Notes under the pieces: generated by a model
The model's input: only the letters and a program-made list of their open reading frames with translations
Told to the model about the DNA's origin: nothing
Databases searched by the model: none
Position numbers and translations under genes: made by a program
Shown: positions 18,350 through 27,011 of the stretch, one piece after another
Layout of the letters: each line of letters starts with the position of its first letter
How positions within the stretch are numbered: the first letter of the stretch is position 1
Source of the DNA: Candidatus Dormiibacterota bacterium
GTDB taxonomy: Bacteria > Chloroflexota > Dormibacteria > Dormibacterales > Dormibacteraceae
Direction: 5' to 3'
Assembly: GCA_036569925.1 (NCBI GenBank)
Contig: DATCPU010000127.1
Location: 1 to 37,904, forward strand
Length of the DNA: 37,904 nucleotides

Positions 18350-18432
18350 CAGAGAGTAGGTCCGCGGCAACCGGTGAGTCAAGGAACTGGCACCTGGCGC
18401 ACCGGCAGCGAACGCGTGCGATAGTTGCACCC

Positions 18433-20448
18433 GTGCCACGCCGCGGCGGACGTTCGCTGCTCCCTGCGCTCGTCGCCGCGGCATCAATGGCGCTCCTGCC
18501 CGCCTCGGTATTGGCACACTCGGAACGGCCGACCAAGTTCCCCGACGGCACGGGCAGCGTGCCGGTCTACCGCACGGGCGGGGACCACCTCGTGGTCTGC
18601 AAGTCGGACACGGCGGACTTTACGGCGCGGATCAGTGCCTTTCCGACCGACCTCCGGATCAGGAACCTGGAGCTGTACGCCGAATGCCTCGATCACGGCT
18701 ATCGCGATCTGCAGGGCGCGGTCGACCATGTGACGGGACCGGGGACGACGATCTACGTGCTGCCCGGCCTATACCTTGAGGAGCCCAGCCTTGCCCCCGA
18801 CACCGATGCCTGCAATCATCTGGCCGCACCGCGCGCTTCGGCCGGCTACCTGATCCTGAGCTACGAGCAGCAGAAGGCCTGCCCTCACCAACAGAATCTC
18901 GTCGGCATCTTCGGGCTCAAGGACCTCCAGGTCGAAGGCACCGGCGCTGCGCCGTCGGACGTGATCTTCGACGCTCAGTTCCAAAAGCTCAACGTAATCC
19001 GCGGCGATCGGACCAATGGCATCTACCTTCGCAATTTCGTGGCTCAGCGTTCCACCTTCAACTCCGTATACGTCATCGAAACCGATGGATTTGTCATCGA
19101 CGACGTGATCGGACGCTGGAACGCGGAGTACGGATTCCTTTCTTTCGCCTCCGATCACGGCCTGTTCACGAACTGTGAGGCATATGGCAATGGCGACTCG
19201 GGCATCTATCCCGGGGGCACGTCCGACATCAACCGCGATCGAGGGTTCAACGTCATCCGGTATGCGATCGAGGTCACCGGCTGCCACAGCCATAACAACC
19301 TGCTGGGATATTCCGGGACGGGCGGGGACTCGGTCTGGGTTCACAACAACGAGCTCGATCACAACACTGCCGGCGCCTCGATGGACAGCCTCTTTCCAAA
19401 TCATCCGGGCCTCCCGCAGAACCACGCGCTGTTCGAGCACAACCTGATCCACAGCAACAACTCCAACTATTACGGCTATGTCAGCGACGGGACTTGTGCG
19501 CGCCCATTCCTGCAGCAGGGTGTCGAGAAGGGAGTGGTCTGTCCGGCGGTGCAGGTGCCTGTCGGCGCCGGAATCCTGGTTATCGGCGGGAATTACAACG
19601 TCTTCCAAAACAACTGGATTTACGACAACTGGAAGATCGGCATCGTTCAAACCTGGGTTCCGGGAGTCGCACGAAACGACAACCGCTGGTCAGCGCAGGG
19701 TGAGACATCGCACAACAACCGTTATCTCGCCAACCAGATGGGCACCAGCGCGACAGGACAGCGCCTTCCCAATGGGCTGGATTACTTCTGGGATGGAGAA
19801 GGCACCGGCAACTGTTGGGACACGACCGGGGATATCGTCCAGCCAATAACGATTCCGCGCTGCTCGGCCGGCGGGCCCCAACGCATACTCAGCGACCCCA
19901 ACCTGCTGATCCTGTTTGTCGACTGCTCCAACTACAACCTTCGGACGAGGACGCTGCCGGCCGGATGCGACTGGTTCACCACGCCGGCTCGCCCCGGCAG
20001 CCTGGGCGCCAACTTCAACATCGAGAGCGTTGCCCCGGGCGCGCAGCTGGTGGCGCTGCTCCTTCTATTCATCTGGCTCGCGCGCAGGAGCGGCAGGCCG
20101 GGGCCGCTGGCCCTGGTGGCAGCCGCGGCCGCCGGGCTGGGTTCGGGTCTCCTGCTGGTTGCCTCGGATGCCCAGTTCTCTAACCTCTCCGCTCCGGGCA
20201 TCGCCGTGCTTGGGATCGCGTGGCTCGCCGCGGTGCGGCTGGTCCCCAATCAGCGACTGGCGGTCCTGACGCTTCTCCTGGGCGTCGTGGCGCTGCTCGA
20301 GGCCCTCGACAGCGGCATCGTCATGGTGCCGTCACCCATCGGCCCGGTCTGGGCCCGGGTGATCCTCGAGGCGTGGTGGGTGGCCTGGACGGCAGTCGCT
20401 CTGATCAGCTCGGCGAGGGCTACCCAGCGTGCCGCCGCGGCCGGTTGA
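18433..20448 (+). CDS. right-handed parallel beta-helix repeat protein with N-terminal signal peptide and C-terminal multi-pass membrane region
   Basis: Listed ORF trimmed to GTG 18433 (MPRRGGRSLLPALVAAASMALLPASVLA/HSE). PbH1-like repeats: NGIYLRNF..., NCEAYGNGDSGIYPG, CHSHNNLLGYSG, VHNNELDHN, HNLIHSNNSNYY, NVFQNNWIYDN. The last ~150 aa contain about five hydrophobic helices. Confidence 0.7.
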   Translation: MPRRGGRSLLPALVAAASMALLPASVLAHSERPTKFPDGTGSVPVYRTGGDHLVVCKSDTADFTARISAFPTDLRIRNLELYAECLDHGYRDLQGAVDHVTGPGTTIYVLPGLYLEEPSLAPDTDACNHLAAPRASAGYLILSYEQQKACPHQQNLVGIFGLKDLQVEGTGAAPSDVIFDAQFQKLNVIRGDRTNGIYLRNFVAQRSTFNSVYVIETDGFVIDDVIGRWNAEYGFLSFASDHGLFTNCEAYGNGDSGIYPGGTSDINRDRGFNVIRYAIEVTGCHSHNNLLGYSGTGGDSVWVHNNELDHNTAGASMDSLFPNHPGLPQNHALFEHNLIHSNNSNYYGYVSDGTCARPFLQQGVEKGVVCPAVQVPVGAGILVIGGNYNVFQNNWIYDNWKIGIVQTWVPGVARNDNRWSAQGETSHNNRYLANQMGTSATGQRLPNGLDYFWDGEGTGNCWDTTGDIVQPITIPRCSAGGPQRILSDPNLLILFVDCSNYNLRTRTLPAGCDWFTTPARPGSLGANFNIESVAPGAQLVALLLLFIWLARRSGRPGPLALVAAAAAGLGSGLLLVASDAQFSNLSAPGIAVLGIAWLAAVRLVPNQRLAVLTLLLGVVALLEALDSGIVMVPSPIGPVWARVILEAWWVAWTAVALISSARATQRAAAAG

Positions 20449-20554
20449 ACAACGCCCAGAGCTCGTCCTTGGCAGCTTCCAGCCGGTCGCGCCGCTGCTT
20501 AGGTAGGAGCGTTGCTCTCCCGGGTTACGCGCTGAGACCACCTCGCGGGCGCCA

Positions 20555-21007
20555 TCACTTGTCCAATGACAGTCGGGCGCCGGGGGCGGTCGGTGGCGCG
20601 GCGCTGATATCCGCAAGGACGCGGCCCTCGTCGATCTTCTTCGCGAGGTCACCCAGCGAGACCACCCCGACGAGCCGCTCGCCGTCGACCACGGGCACTC
20701 GCCTGATGGCCTTGTCGCGCATGAGCCTGGCGACCTCGTCGACCGGCTCGTCCGGTCCGACAGTCACGATTTCGCCTTCGCATATGTCGGCCAGCCTGAC
20801 CGCGCTCGGGTCGACGCCTTCGGCGACCACTCGGATCGCGATATCCCTGTCGGTGACAATTCCGCAAACCGCCCCACCATGCGCTTTGAGGACGATGATC
20901 GATCCGAAGTTGCCGTCCCGCATGGCCCTCGCCGCCTCCACCACCGACGCTTCCTCTTCGATCGCGACGGGCCGGACGGTCATCACGTCGCGGACCTTCA
21001 GTGCCAT
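20555..21007 (-). CDS. CBS-pair domain protein
   Basis: 150-aa ORF with two CBS repeats (VRDVMTVRPVAIEEEASVVEAARAMRD... and ICEGEIVTVGPDEPVDEVARLMRDKAIRRVPVV). SD GGAGG lies 7 nt upstream of ATG 21007. Confidence 0.85.
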   Translation of the reverse strand: MALKVRDVMTVRPVAIEEEASVVEAARAMRDGNFGSIIVLKAHGGAVCGIVTDRDIAIRVVAEGVDPSAVRLADICEGEIVTVGPDEPVDEVARLMRDKAIRRVPVVDGERLVGVVSLGDLAKKIDEGRVLADISAAPPTAPGARLSLDK

Positions 21008-21230
21008 CGGACTACCTCCATCGAACCACTACCGAGACGCCCCTCATAAAGTTGAACGCCGGGGCGAATGGCGAGTACCTACAGAATTGGAACCCCGCCC
21101 CCTCAGAGGATCGTTTTGATCAACTCGAAGGACGAGCGCACGTTGCGCTCTCGGTTCCTGCCGGCGCCGCGATCGGTGTCATGCCGGCGCAGCAGCGTCC
21201 GTGCATCACCGTCGCCGACCCGGTTCTGCT

Positions 21231-21401
21231 CTAAAAAACCTTGACCGGCACTACGGCAAGCTTGTTGGGCGTCACCAGCCTGAGCTCCACCTTCGGAGCC
21301 ACCGGTGACCGCCGCCCGCGCCTTGGGGGTGCGGGGGCTGCCGTGATCGGGTCGAGAAACAGTCGAAGCTCGGACTCCAGCTGCAGATCTAATTCATTCA
21401 T
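21231..21401 (-). CDS. small hypothetical ORF whose coding signal appears to continue in the -1 frame to 21103 (see findings)
   Basis: ATG 21401 (MNELDLQLESELRLFLDPI...) runs to TAG 21231-21233, which sits inside a T6 run. The -1 frame then runs 42 further codons with 35/42 G/C at third positions. Confidence 0.3.
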   Translation of the reverse strand: MNELDLQLESELRLFLDPITAAPAPPRRGRRSPVAPKVELRLVTPNKLAVVPVKVF

Positions 21402-21527
21402 ATGTAGTAGTAACGCCTCCCCCAAGCGCAGTACCCAGCCCCGCCTCTACCTCAACTGTGCGAGCAAAAGTCCGTCCTGCGGTACGGCGACCGGCAGGGG
21501 ATCGGACCACGAAAGTAATGACATCAA

Positions 21528-21549
21528 CCGCAGACAAACCGCAGACAAA
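21528..21549 (+). repeat. perfect tandem duplication of an 11-mer (ccgcagacaaa x2) just upstream of the sigma factor start
   Basis: Read directly from sequence. Flanking bases extend the periodicity by 2 nt on the left and 1 nt on the right. Confidence 0.8.
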
Positions 21550-21571
21550 CTTCAAGCAAAGGGGTAATCGA

Positions 21572-22183
21572 ATGGCAGAGGCGATCTCAGAGTTGACGGC
21601 TTCGAGCAACGAGCGCGAGCACGCGACCTATCAGCCGGGCAACGAAGCGGACTTCGAGCGGCTTTACCAGGCATCCTACGGAAAGATCTTGGGCACGCTG
21701 ACTGCCATGTTGGGCGACAGATCAGCCGCCGAGGATTGCGCGCAGGATGCATTCGAGCGGGCCTACAAGAAGTGGGACACCTGGCAGCCCATCGCGCCGG
21801 CGGAGGCATGGGTCCACCGCATCGCGATCAACGCGGCCGTCTCCCACCAGAGGAAGATGCGGCTGCGCGAAGTGGGCGAGGTGATCCGTCGAATTGGGCG
21901 CCCAGGCCTCGGCCCGGACCCGCAAGCGTCGGTCGAGCACCGCGACCTCGCGGATGCCCTGGCCCAGCTGCCGCCGAAGCAGGCCGCGGCGATCGTCCTT
22001 CGCCACTATCACGGCTACACGAACCGCGCGATCGCCCAGGCACTGGGCATCCCCGAGCGAACCGTCGCTTCGCGGCTGGCCGTGGCGAAGTCCCGCCTCC
22101 GGGTGATGCTGCAGCAGTCGAATGCGGAAGTCCCTGCAGGCGGCGAGAGCTTCGCGCGCGGCCTGACTGTAGCCGCAGAGTAG
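21572..22183 (+). CDS. ECF-type (sigma-70 family, group 4) RNA polymerase sigma factor
   Basis: Listed ORF trimmed to ATG 21572 (SD AAAGGGG 7 nt upstream); alternative ATG 21518. Region 2 is FERLYQASYGKILGTLTAMLGDRSAAEDCAQDAFERAYKKWDTW...WVHRIAINAAVSHQRK. Region 4 HTH is LRHYHGYTNRAIAQALGIPERTVASRLAVAKSRL. Confidence 0.85.
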   Translation: MAEAISELTASSNEREHATYQPGNEADFERLYQASYGKILGTLTAMLGDRSAAEDCAQDAFERAYKKWDTWQPIAPAEAWVHRIAINAAVSHQRKMRLREVGEVIRRIGRPGLGPDPQASVEHRDLADALAQLPPKQAAAIVLRHYHGYTNRAIAQALGIPERTVASRLAVAKSRLRVMLQQSNAEVPAGGESFARGLTVAAE

Positions 22184-22204
22184 GCTCAGAGCCGGCTCAG
22201 AGCC
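22183..22204 (+). repeat. perfect tandem duplication of an 11-mer (ggctcagagcc x2) starting in the sigma factor stop codon; the junction forms the 10-bp palindrome gagccggctc
   Basis: Read directly from sequence. Confidence 0.8.
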
Positions 22205-22346
22205 CGCCAACACCGGCCAATATCCGGGCAACCTCCGGGAGGGGGTTCCACGGGGTGGGCTCGCCTCCCAGCGCCGGGCATGCCAGGCGCGGAAGCCGGA
22301 TTTAGCCCCGTAACAGGAAATCGGCAGGTTCGTCGTTAAGCCTGGT

Positions 22347-23081
22347 GTGTTCCCTGCCGTATTGCGCCCAATTGTTGAGTTCAGCGGTGTTACCCGGGCT
22401 TATGGCAACCGTCTGGCCCTCGATGACGTCAGCCTATCGCTCGAGCCCGGCGAGCTGACCTTTCTGGTTGGCCCCAGCGGCGCGGGCAAGACCACCTTCC
22501 TGAAGCTGATCAACCGCGAGCTGCGCCCCACCAAAGGCGAGGTCTGGGTGGACGGCATCGCCGCCCACTCGCTGAAGGCCTCTCACGTCGCCGATCTTCG
22601 CCGCCGTGTCGGGGTTGTCTTCCAGGATTACAAGCTCCTGCCCCGGCTGACCGCGAAAGAGAACGTCGCTTTCGGCCTCCAGGTCGGCGACCTGCGTATA
22701 TCCGACGGCGAGGCGATGGATCGCGCTCTGGATGCGCTCGAAGCCGTGGGTCTTGGCGACCGCGGCTCCAGCTTCCCCCACCAGCTGTCAGGCGGGCAGC
22801 AGCAGCGCGTCGCCGTGGCCCGGGCGATGATCACCCAACCGAGGGTGCTTATCGCCGACGAGCCGACCGGCAACCTCGACATGGAAACGGCCTGGCAGAT
22901 CATGGCTCTGCTCGAGAATGTTGCGAACTTCGGCACAACGGTGCTCGTCGCAACCCACAACGTCGAGATCGTCAGACGTCTTCAGCGCCGGATTCTCACG
23001 CTGGTCGAGGGCCGCCTCGTGCGCGACCAGCCGGCGGGCGGGATCGGCAGGATGGCCTGGCTGGCCTCGGCGTCGTCATGA
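22347..23081 (+). CDS. ftsE: cell division ATP-binding protein FtsE
   Basis: 244-aa ORF with Walker [10 protein letters not shown], signature LSGGQQQR, Walker [12 protein letters not shown], immediately followed by ftsX. Start could be TTG 22362. Confidence 0.9.
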   Translation: MFPAVLRPIVEFSGVTRAYGNRLALDDVSLSLEPGELTFLVGPSGAGKTTFLKLINRELRPTKGEVWVDGIAAHSLKASHVADLRRRVGVVFQDYKLLPRLTAKENVAFGLQVGDLRISDGEAMDRALDALEAVGLGDRGSSFPHQLSGGQQQRVAVARAMITQPRVLIADEPTGNLDMETAWQIMALLENVANFGTTVLVATHNVEIVRRLQRRILTLVEGRLVRDQPAGGIGRMAWLASASS

Positions 23082-24010
23082 ACGACAAGCTTCCGAAGGG
23101 CGCCATGGCACGGACGGTGGCCGGAAACACGTTCCGCTACCTGTTCTTCGGTGCTGCGCGCAATTGGTTCCGCAACATCGGGAGCATTGCGCCGGCCCTT
23201 GGCTCGATGACGCTGCTGCTCCTGATGGCCGGGATTGCTGGCCTGACTGGTTTCGCGATCAACAACCTCGAACGGGTCGAGTCCGGCCAGGCTTCTCTGC
23301 TTCACGTCTACATTCGAGACGGGGCACCAAGCGCGGATGTCAACTCGCTTTGGGATCGGCTGGCCGCCGACCCGCGCATCGCAGCTGTGGACTACGTGAC
23401 GACGGGACAGGCGCTCGAGCGTGCACAAAGGATGCCGGGCCTGCCGCAGCTTGCCGACGCCAGCCAGAGCAATCCATTCCCAGCCAGCCTCGACGTGCAG
23501 GTCAAGAACATCGACGACGTGGCGGCAATCGCTGCCTACGTCAGGACCGACACGGCTGTCGATCCTGTCTACCCAACGTCATATGACAAGGGCGCCTACC
23601 AGCGGATCCAGGCCGTGATCTTTGGCGTTGCCGTCGCCGGTCTCGCATTCCTGGCCGTGCTCGGGTTCGTGGCGGTGACGGTGACGATCAACAGCGTCAG
23701 GGCCGCCATCCACTCGCGCCGCGACGAGGTCACCATCATGCAGCTCGTGGGAGCGCCGCGATGGATGGTGCGCGGACCGTTCGTCGTCGAGGGGGCGATC
23801 ACCGGCGCCCTTGCGGGCGCGGCCGCGGGCCTGGCGACATTTGCGCTCACCATGGCGGGGATCTCGGAGGGAGCCGGCACGTTCGTCCGCTTCGCGCCCG
23901 GGGTCACGGTCGGCGTCGCCGCAGTCGCAGCTGTGATTGTGCTGGCCACCGGTGTCGGCCTCGGATCGGGATCCTCGCTGATCAGCGTGCGCAGGCACCT
24001 GGAGTCGTGA
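23078..24010 (+). CDS. ftsX: permease-like cell division protein FtsX
   Basis: 310-aa ORF with one N-terminal TM, a large extracytoplasmic loop and three C-terminal TMs, plus the IMQLVGA motif. ATG overlaps the ftsE stop (ATGA). Confidence 0.85.
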   Translation: MNDKLPKGAMARTVAGNTFRYLFFGAARNWFRNIGSIAPALGSMTLLLLMAGIAGLTGFAINNLERVESGQASLLHVYIRDGAPSADVNSLWDRLAADPRIAAVDYVTTGQALERAQRMPGLPQLADASQSNPFPASLDVQVKNIDDVAAIAAYVRTDTAVDPVYPTSYDKGAYQRIQAVIFGVAVAGLAFLAVLGFVAVTVTINSVRAAIHSRRDEVTIMQLVGAPRWMVRGPFVVEGAITGALAGAAAGLATFALTMAGISEGAGTFVRFAPGVTVGVAAVAAVIVLATGVGLGSGSSLISVRRHLES

Positions 24011-25266
24011 AGAGGCTGCTCGTCGCCGTCTCCCTGGCGATCCTTCTGGTGGGGGCCGGCTCAACCGCGGCCGCCGCCGCGCCGAGCAGTGATCCTGCCC
24101 ACCAGAAGGCCGTGATCGACCAGATCCGGGCTCAGCTGGGGAGCAACCTGGCCGACGCCATGATCGCGCAGCAGCAGCTGAAGCAGTCGCTGATCGACAA
24201 CACCGCGCAGCAGCACGACGTCCAGGGCCAGATCGCGGACGCGCAGCAGCAGATCAACGACCTCGACGTGCAGATTGCGGCCTCCCAGGTGCGCGAGGCA
24301 ATGCTTGGACTCCGGATCGACGCCGAGCGCGCCCAGGTCAGCGAGCTTGCGAGGGCGATTTACACGGCGCCGACGTCGGTGCTGGTGATCCTCGGCCAGG
24401 CCCAGAGCTTGAGCGACCTGCTGACGCGCATCTCCGACCTCAACGTTGCCGGTTCTCGGGCGGCCGAGCTGAACCAACAGCTGGCGTCGGACCTTACCGA
24501 CCAGGAGGCCGAGCGCGTTCAGCAGCAGACCGATCGCGACACCCAGGTCGCCTTGCGAACGAAGCTCTCGTCCGAGCTGGCGCAGCTGGTCAAGTTGCAT
24601 GCCCAGCAGGTGAAGTCGATGCGCGAGCTCCAGGCGAAGATCGACGAGACGCGCTGGGAGATCGCCGTCCTTAGGTCCCAGTCGGCGGCGCTGGCCCAAT
24701 CGATGGCCGACATGCTGCAGCAGCAGCAGGACGCCATCATCGCCGCGGCGATGCAGTCGGTCTGGACCCAGGTCCAGCTGTGGACCCAGTCGAACAATGT
24801 CGGCCAGATCCAGGCCAGCCCCGGGCACTCGACGAAATACCGCTTCATCTGGCCTGAGCCACATGCCCAGATCTCGCAGGGATTTGGACCGAGCAAGCTG
24901 GTGCTAGAGCCGCCATATGGGGGTTACCCCCATTTCCACACCGGCATCGACCTGGTCGAGCCGTTCGGCTCGCCGGTCTACGCCGCCGACGATGGGTTGG
25001 TCGCGCTCGTCGGCGTCTCCAGCCAGGGATATGGCAGATACGTGGTCATCGCCCACGCAGGCGGGCTCGACACTCTGTACGGCCACCTCTCCGCATCACT
25101 GGTGAAGGTCGGCCAGCTCGTGGTGCAGGGCCAGACGATCGGCCTTGAGGGATCTACCGGCAACTCGACGGGGCCGCACCTTCACTTCGAGCTGCGCATC
25201 AAGCAGCAGCCGATCGATCCCACGCCCTACTTGCCGCCAGGAGCGCCCTCGCCTTACAACGCCTGA
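24007..25266 (+). CDS. coiled-coil M23 family metallopeptidase (EnvC/PcsB/RipC-like FtsEX partner)
   Basis: Listed ORF trimmed to GTG 24007, which overlaps the ftsX stop (GTGA). Signal peptide VKRLLVAVSLAILLVGAGSTAAAAA, then a long Q/L/A-rich coiled-coil region. C-terminal M23 motifs: HTGIDL, GHLS, GSTGNSTGPHLHFEL. Confidence 0.85.
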   Translation: MKRLLVAVSLAILLVGAGSTAAAAAPSSDPAHQKAVIDQIRAQLGSNLADAMIAQQQLKQSLIDNTAQQHDVQGQIADAQQQINDLDVQIAASQVREAMLGLRIDAERAQVSELARAIYTAPTSVLVILGQAQSLSDLLTRISDLNVAGSRAAELNQQLASDLTDQEAERVQQQTDRDTQVALRTKLSSELAQLVKLHAQQVKSMRELQAKIDETRWEIAVLRSQSAALAQSMADMLQQQQDAIIAAAMQSVWTQVQLWTQSNNVGQIQASPGHSTKYRFIWPEPHAQISQGFGPSKLVLEPPYGGYPHFHTGIDLVEPFGSPVYAADDGLVALVGVSSQGYGRYVVIAHAGGLDTLYGHLSASLVKVGQLVVQGQTIGLEGSTGNSTGPHLHFELRIKQQPIDPTPYLPPGAPSPYNA

Positions 25267-26120
25267 CGCGGTCGCCAAAACAGCTCCTCGGCTTTGACGA
25301 AAGACTCGAGGTAATTCCCGTCCACAGCGCACTGGGATGCGTGCGCCGCAATCGCCTTGAGCTTCACTTCGCATTCGGCAGCCGTCAAAGGCACGCGGAC
25401 CGGCGGCGGCCAGCCTACATCGATCGGATACATGGTCCCGTCGATCTCGTGCTGCTCAAAACCTGAGCGCGTTGTGGATCCGTTTGGCCATGGCCACCGC
25501 TCGCCGGGACCGCTGTGGACCACCATCGTGAGCAGCTCACCCGAGTAGCCAATACCTGCCGCCGCCGTGGTGACGACATCGAAGGTCGCTGCGTGGTCCT
25601 GATGGGTGTCCGCCTGGTCGGTCACATATATCTGCGAGGGCTCCGAACCGCGCAGGATCTCGGTCGCATCGGCAAGCAGGGAGTTTCGCGTATAGGCGCC
25701 TGGTCTCCCATGCGTGGTCGTGTGGTAGTCGGCAAGTGTCGGGCCATAAGTGGATCGCATTTCCGTGAAGGGCGACTCGATTGCGGATACTGATTCGTTC
25801 ATGTAGACGGCGGTCACCGCGCTGTCGGGATAACCAAGGAAAATGAGATCCGAAGCGGCCAGTCCCAGGACGGCCCCGGCCGCCACCGCCTCGAGTTGTC
25901 GCCTGGAGGCAAGGCTGATGAAGTCCGCTGCGCGCAGCTCCGCGACAGGCCTCTTGAGCAGCGCCGCCGCCGCTTGCGGGTATCCGTCGCCACTGGTGAT
26001 GAACACAACCCGTACCGTCTTGCCCGCGGCGACGGCGTGCTGGATGATCCCGCCGGCTCCGACGGACTCGTCGTCTGGGTGAGGCGCGAAGATCAGAACG
26101 TCTACAGGACTAAGCGCCAA
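25254..26120 (-). CDS. PIG-L (LmbE-like) family deacetylase
   Basis: 288-aa ORF. N-terminal VLIFAPHPDDESVGAGG zinc-site motif and a downstream HQDH. Its 3' end overlaps the convergent M23 gene by 13 nt. Confidence 0.85.
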   Translation of the reverse strand: MALSPVDVLIFAPHPDDESVGAGGIIQHAVAAGKTVRVVFITSGDGYPQAAAALLKRPVAELRAADFISLASRRQLEAVAAGAVLGLAASDLIFLGYPDSAVTAVYMNESVSAIESPFTEMRSTYGPTLADYHTTTHGRPGAYTRNSLLADATEILRGSEPSQIYVTDQADTHQDHAATFDVVTTAAAGIGYSGELLTMVVHSGPGERWPWPNGSTTRSGFEQHEIDGTMYPIDVGWPPPVRVPLTAAECEVKLKAIAAHASQCAVDGNYLESFVKAEELFWRPRQAL

Positions 26121-26123
26121 CGG

Positions 26124-27011
26124 TCAGCCTGCGAGAGCGCGCGCAACGCGAGCCGCGATTCGCGCGTTGTTGATGACGAGGTCGACGTTGAGGTCGAGTG
26201 AGCGCCCGCCGGACAGCTCGGCCACGCGCGCGAGCAGCCGCGGCGTCGCTGCGGGTCCGTGGACATCCGCCAGTTCGCGCGTGGCCCGCAACACGATATC
26301 CTCCGCACCGTCGAGCTCGCCCGGCGGTGGAATTGTCACGAGCACGCCATGCGAACCGCTCGCCCACGCCGCTCTCAACACCGCGGCCGTCTGTTCCGGC
26401 CCGTCGACTCGAGCCGGGACGGGGTGGCCGCTGTGCCGGGTGTAAAAGGCGGGCAGCTCATCGCACCCGTAACCGAGCACCGGCACCGAAAGGCTCTCCA
26501 GCCTCTCGAGCGTGAGCGGCAGATCCAGGATGATCTTGGCCCCCGCGCAGAAGACTGCGACAGCGGTCCGCCCGAGCTCGGCGAGGTCGGCTGACTGATC
26601 CTCGGGGTGGCCGCGGTGCACTCCGCCAATCCCTCCGGTGGCGAAGCAGCGAATGCCCGCCATCCCGGCAGCGCGCATCGTCGCCGCGACCGTGGTCGCG
26701 CCGACTGCACCGCTGACCAACGCGGGGCCAAGGTCGCGGGAGCTCACTTTGATCGCGCCGGCGGCGATGCGCTCGAGCTCGTCATCGGTGAGCCCGACCG
26801 CTAACCGGCCGTCCAGCACCCCGATCGACGCGGGCACTGCCCTCTCCTCCCTGATGACGGACTCGCAGCCTCTCGCAGCGCGCAGGTTGTGGGGCGCCGG
26901 AAGGCCCTGACCCACAATCGACGTCTCCAGCGCGACCACCGGGCGGCCGCTCTTCAGCGCATCGGCCACCTCGGCCGAGACTCGAAGCAGCTCGCTCGAC
27001 TGGTTCCTCAA
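26124..27011 (-). CDS. psuG: pseudouridine-5'-phosphate glycosidase (PsuG / IndA-like)
   Basis: 295-aa ORF with VSAEVADALKSGRPVVALETSIVGQGLPAPHN and GGIGGVHRG motifs typical of PsuG. TTG start overlaps the kinase stop (TTGA). Confidence 0.85.
   Translation of the reverse strand: MRNQSSELLRVSAEVADALKSGRPVVALETSIVGQGLPAPHNLRAARGCESVIREERAVPASIGVLDGRLAVGLTDDELERIAAGAIKVSSRDLGPALVSGAVGATTVAATMRAAGMAGIRCFATGGIGGVHRGHPEDQSADLAELGRTAVAVFCAGAKIILDLPLTLERLESLSVPVLGYGCDELPAFYTRHSGHPVPARVDGPEQTAAVLRAAWASGSHGVLVTIPPPGELDGAEDIVLRATRELADVHGPAATPRLLARVAELSGGRSLDLNVDLVINNARIAARVARALAG

Noticed and set aside
18388-18402. TGGCAC-containing sequence resembling a sigma-54 -24 element upstream of the beta-helix gene
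   Set aside because: The expected TTGC -12 element at the fixed spacing is absent (ctggcgcac instead), so it does not fit the GG-N10-GC rule.
20449-20554. Minus-strand reading frame encoding a helical-looking peptide (KQRRDRLEAAKDELWALF) with high GC3 in the convergent intergenic region
   Set aside because: It is only about 34 codons between stops, has no ATG/GTG/TTG start, and its end overlaps the 3' end of the beta-helix gene. This is too little to call a gene.
20220-21119. 299-aa plus-strand ORF spanning the end of the beta-helix gene and the CBS gene
   Set aside because: It is out of frame with the beta-helix gene and antisense to the CBS gene, and its S/T/P/R-rich low-complexity translation is typical of a non-coding frame.
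21001-21234. 77-aa plus-strand ORF between the CBS gene and the small interrupted ORF
   Set aside because: It overlaps the CBS start and SD region. In the shared register, third-position G/C is 28/42 versus 35/42 for the minus-strand frame, so the minus strand is the better coding candidate.
24100-24760. Recurrent cagcag/ctgcag-rich stretches suggestive of a nucleotide repeat
   Set aside because: They are in frame and encode the Q/L/A-rich coiled coil of the M23 peptidase. There is no regular unit length or spacer structure, so this is neither a CRISPR array nor a tandem-repeat locus.
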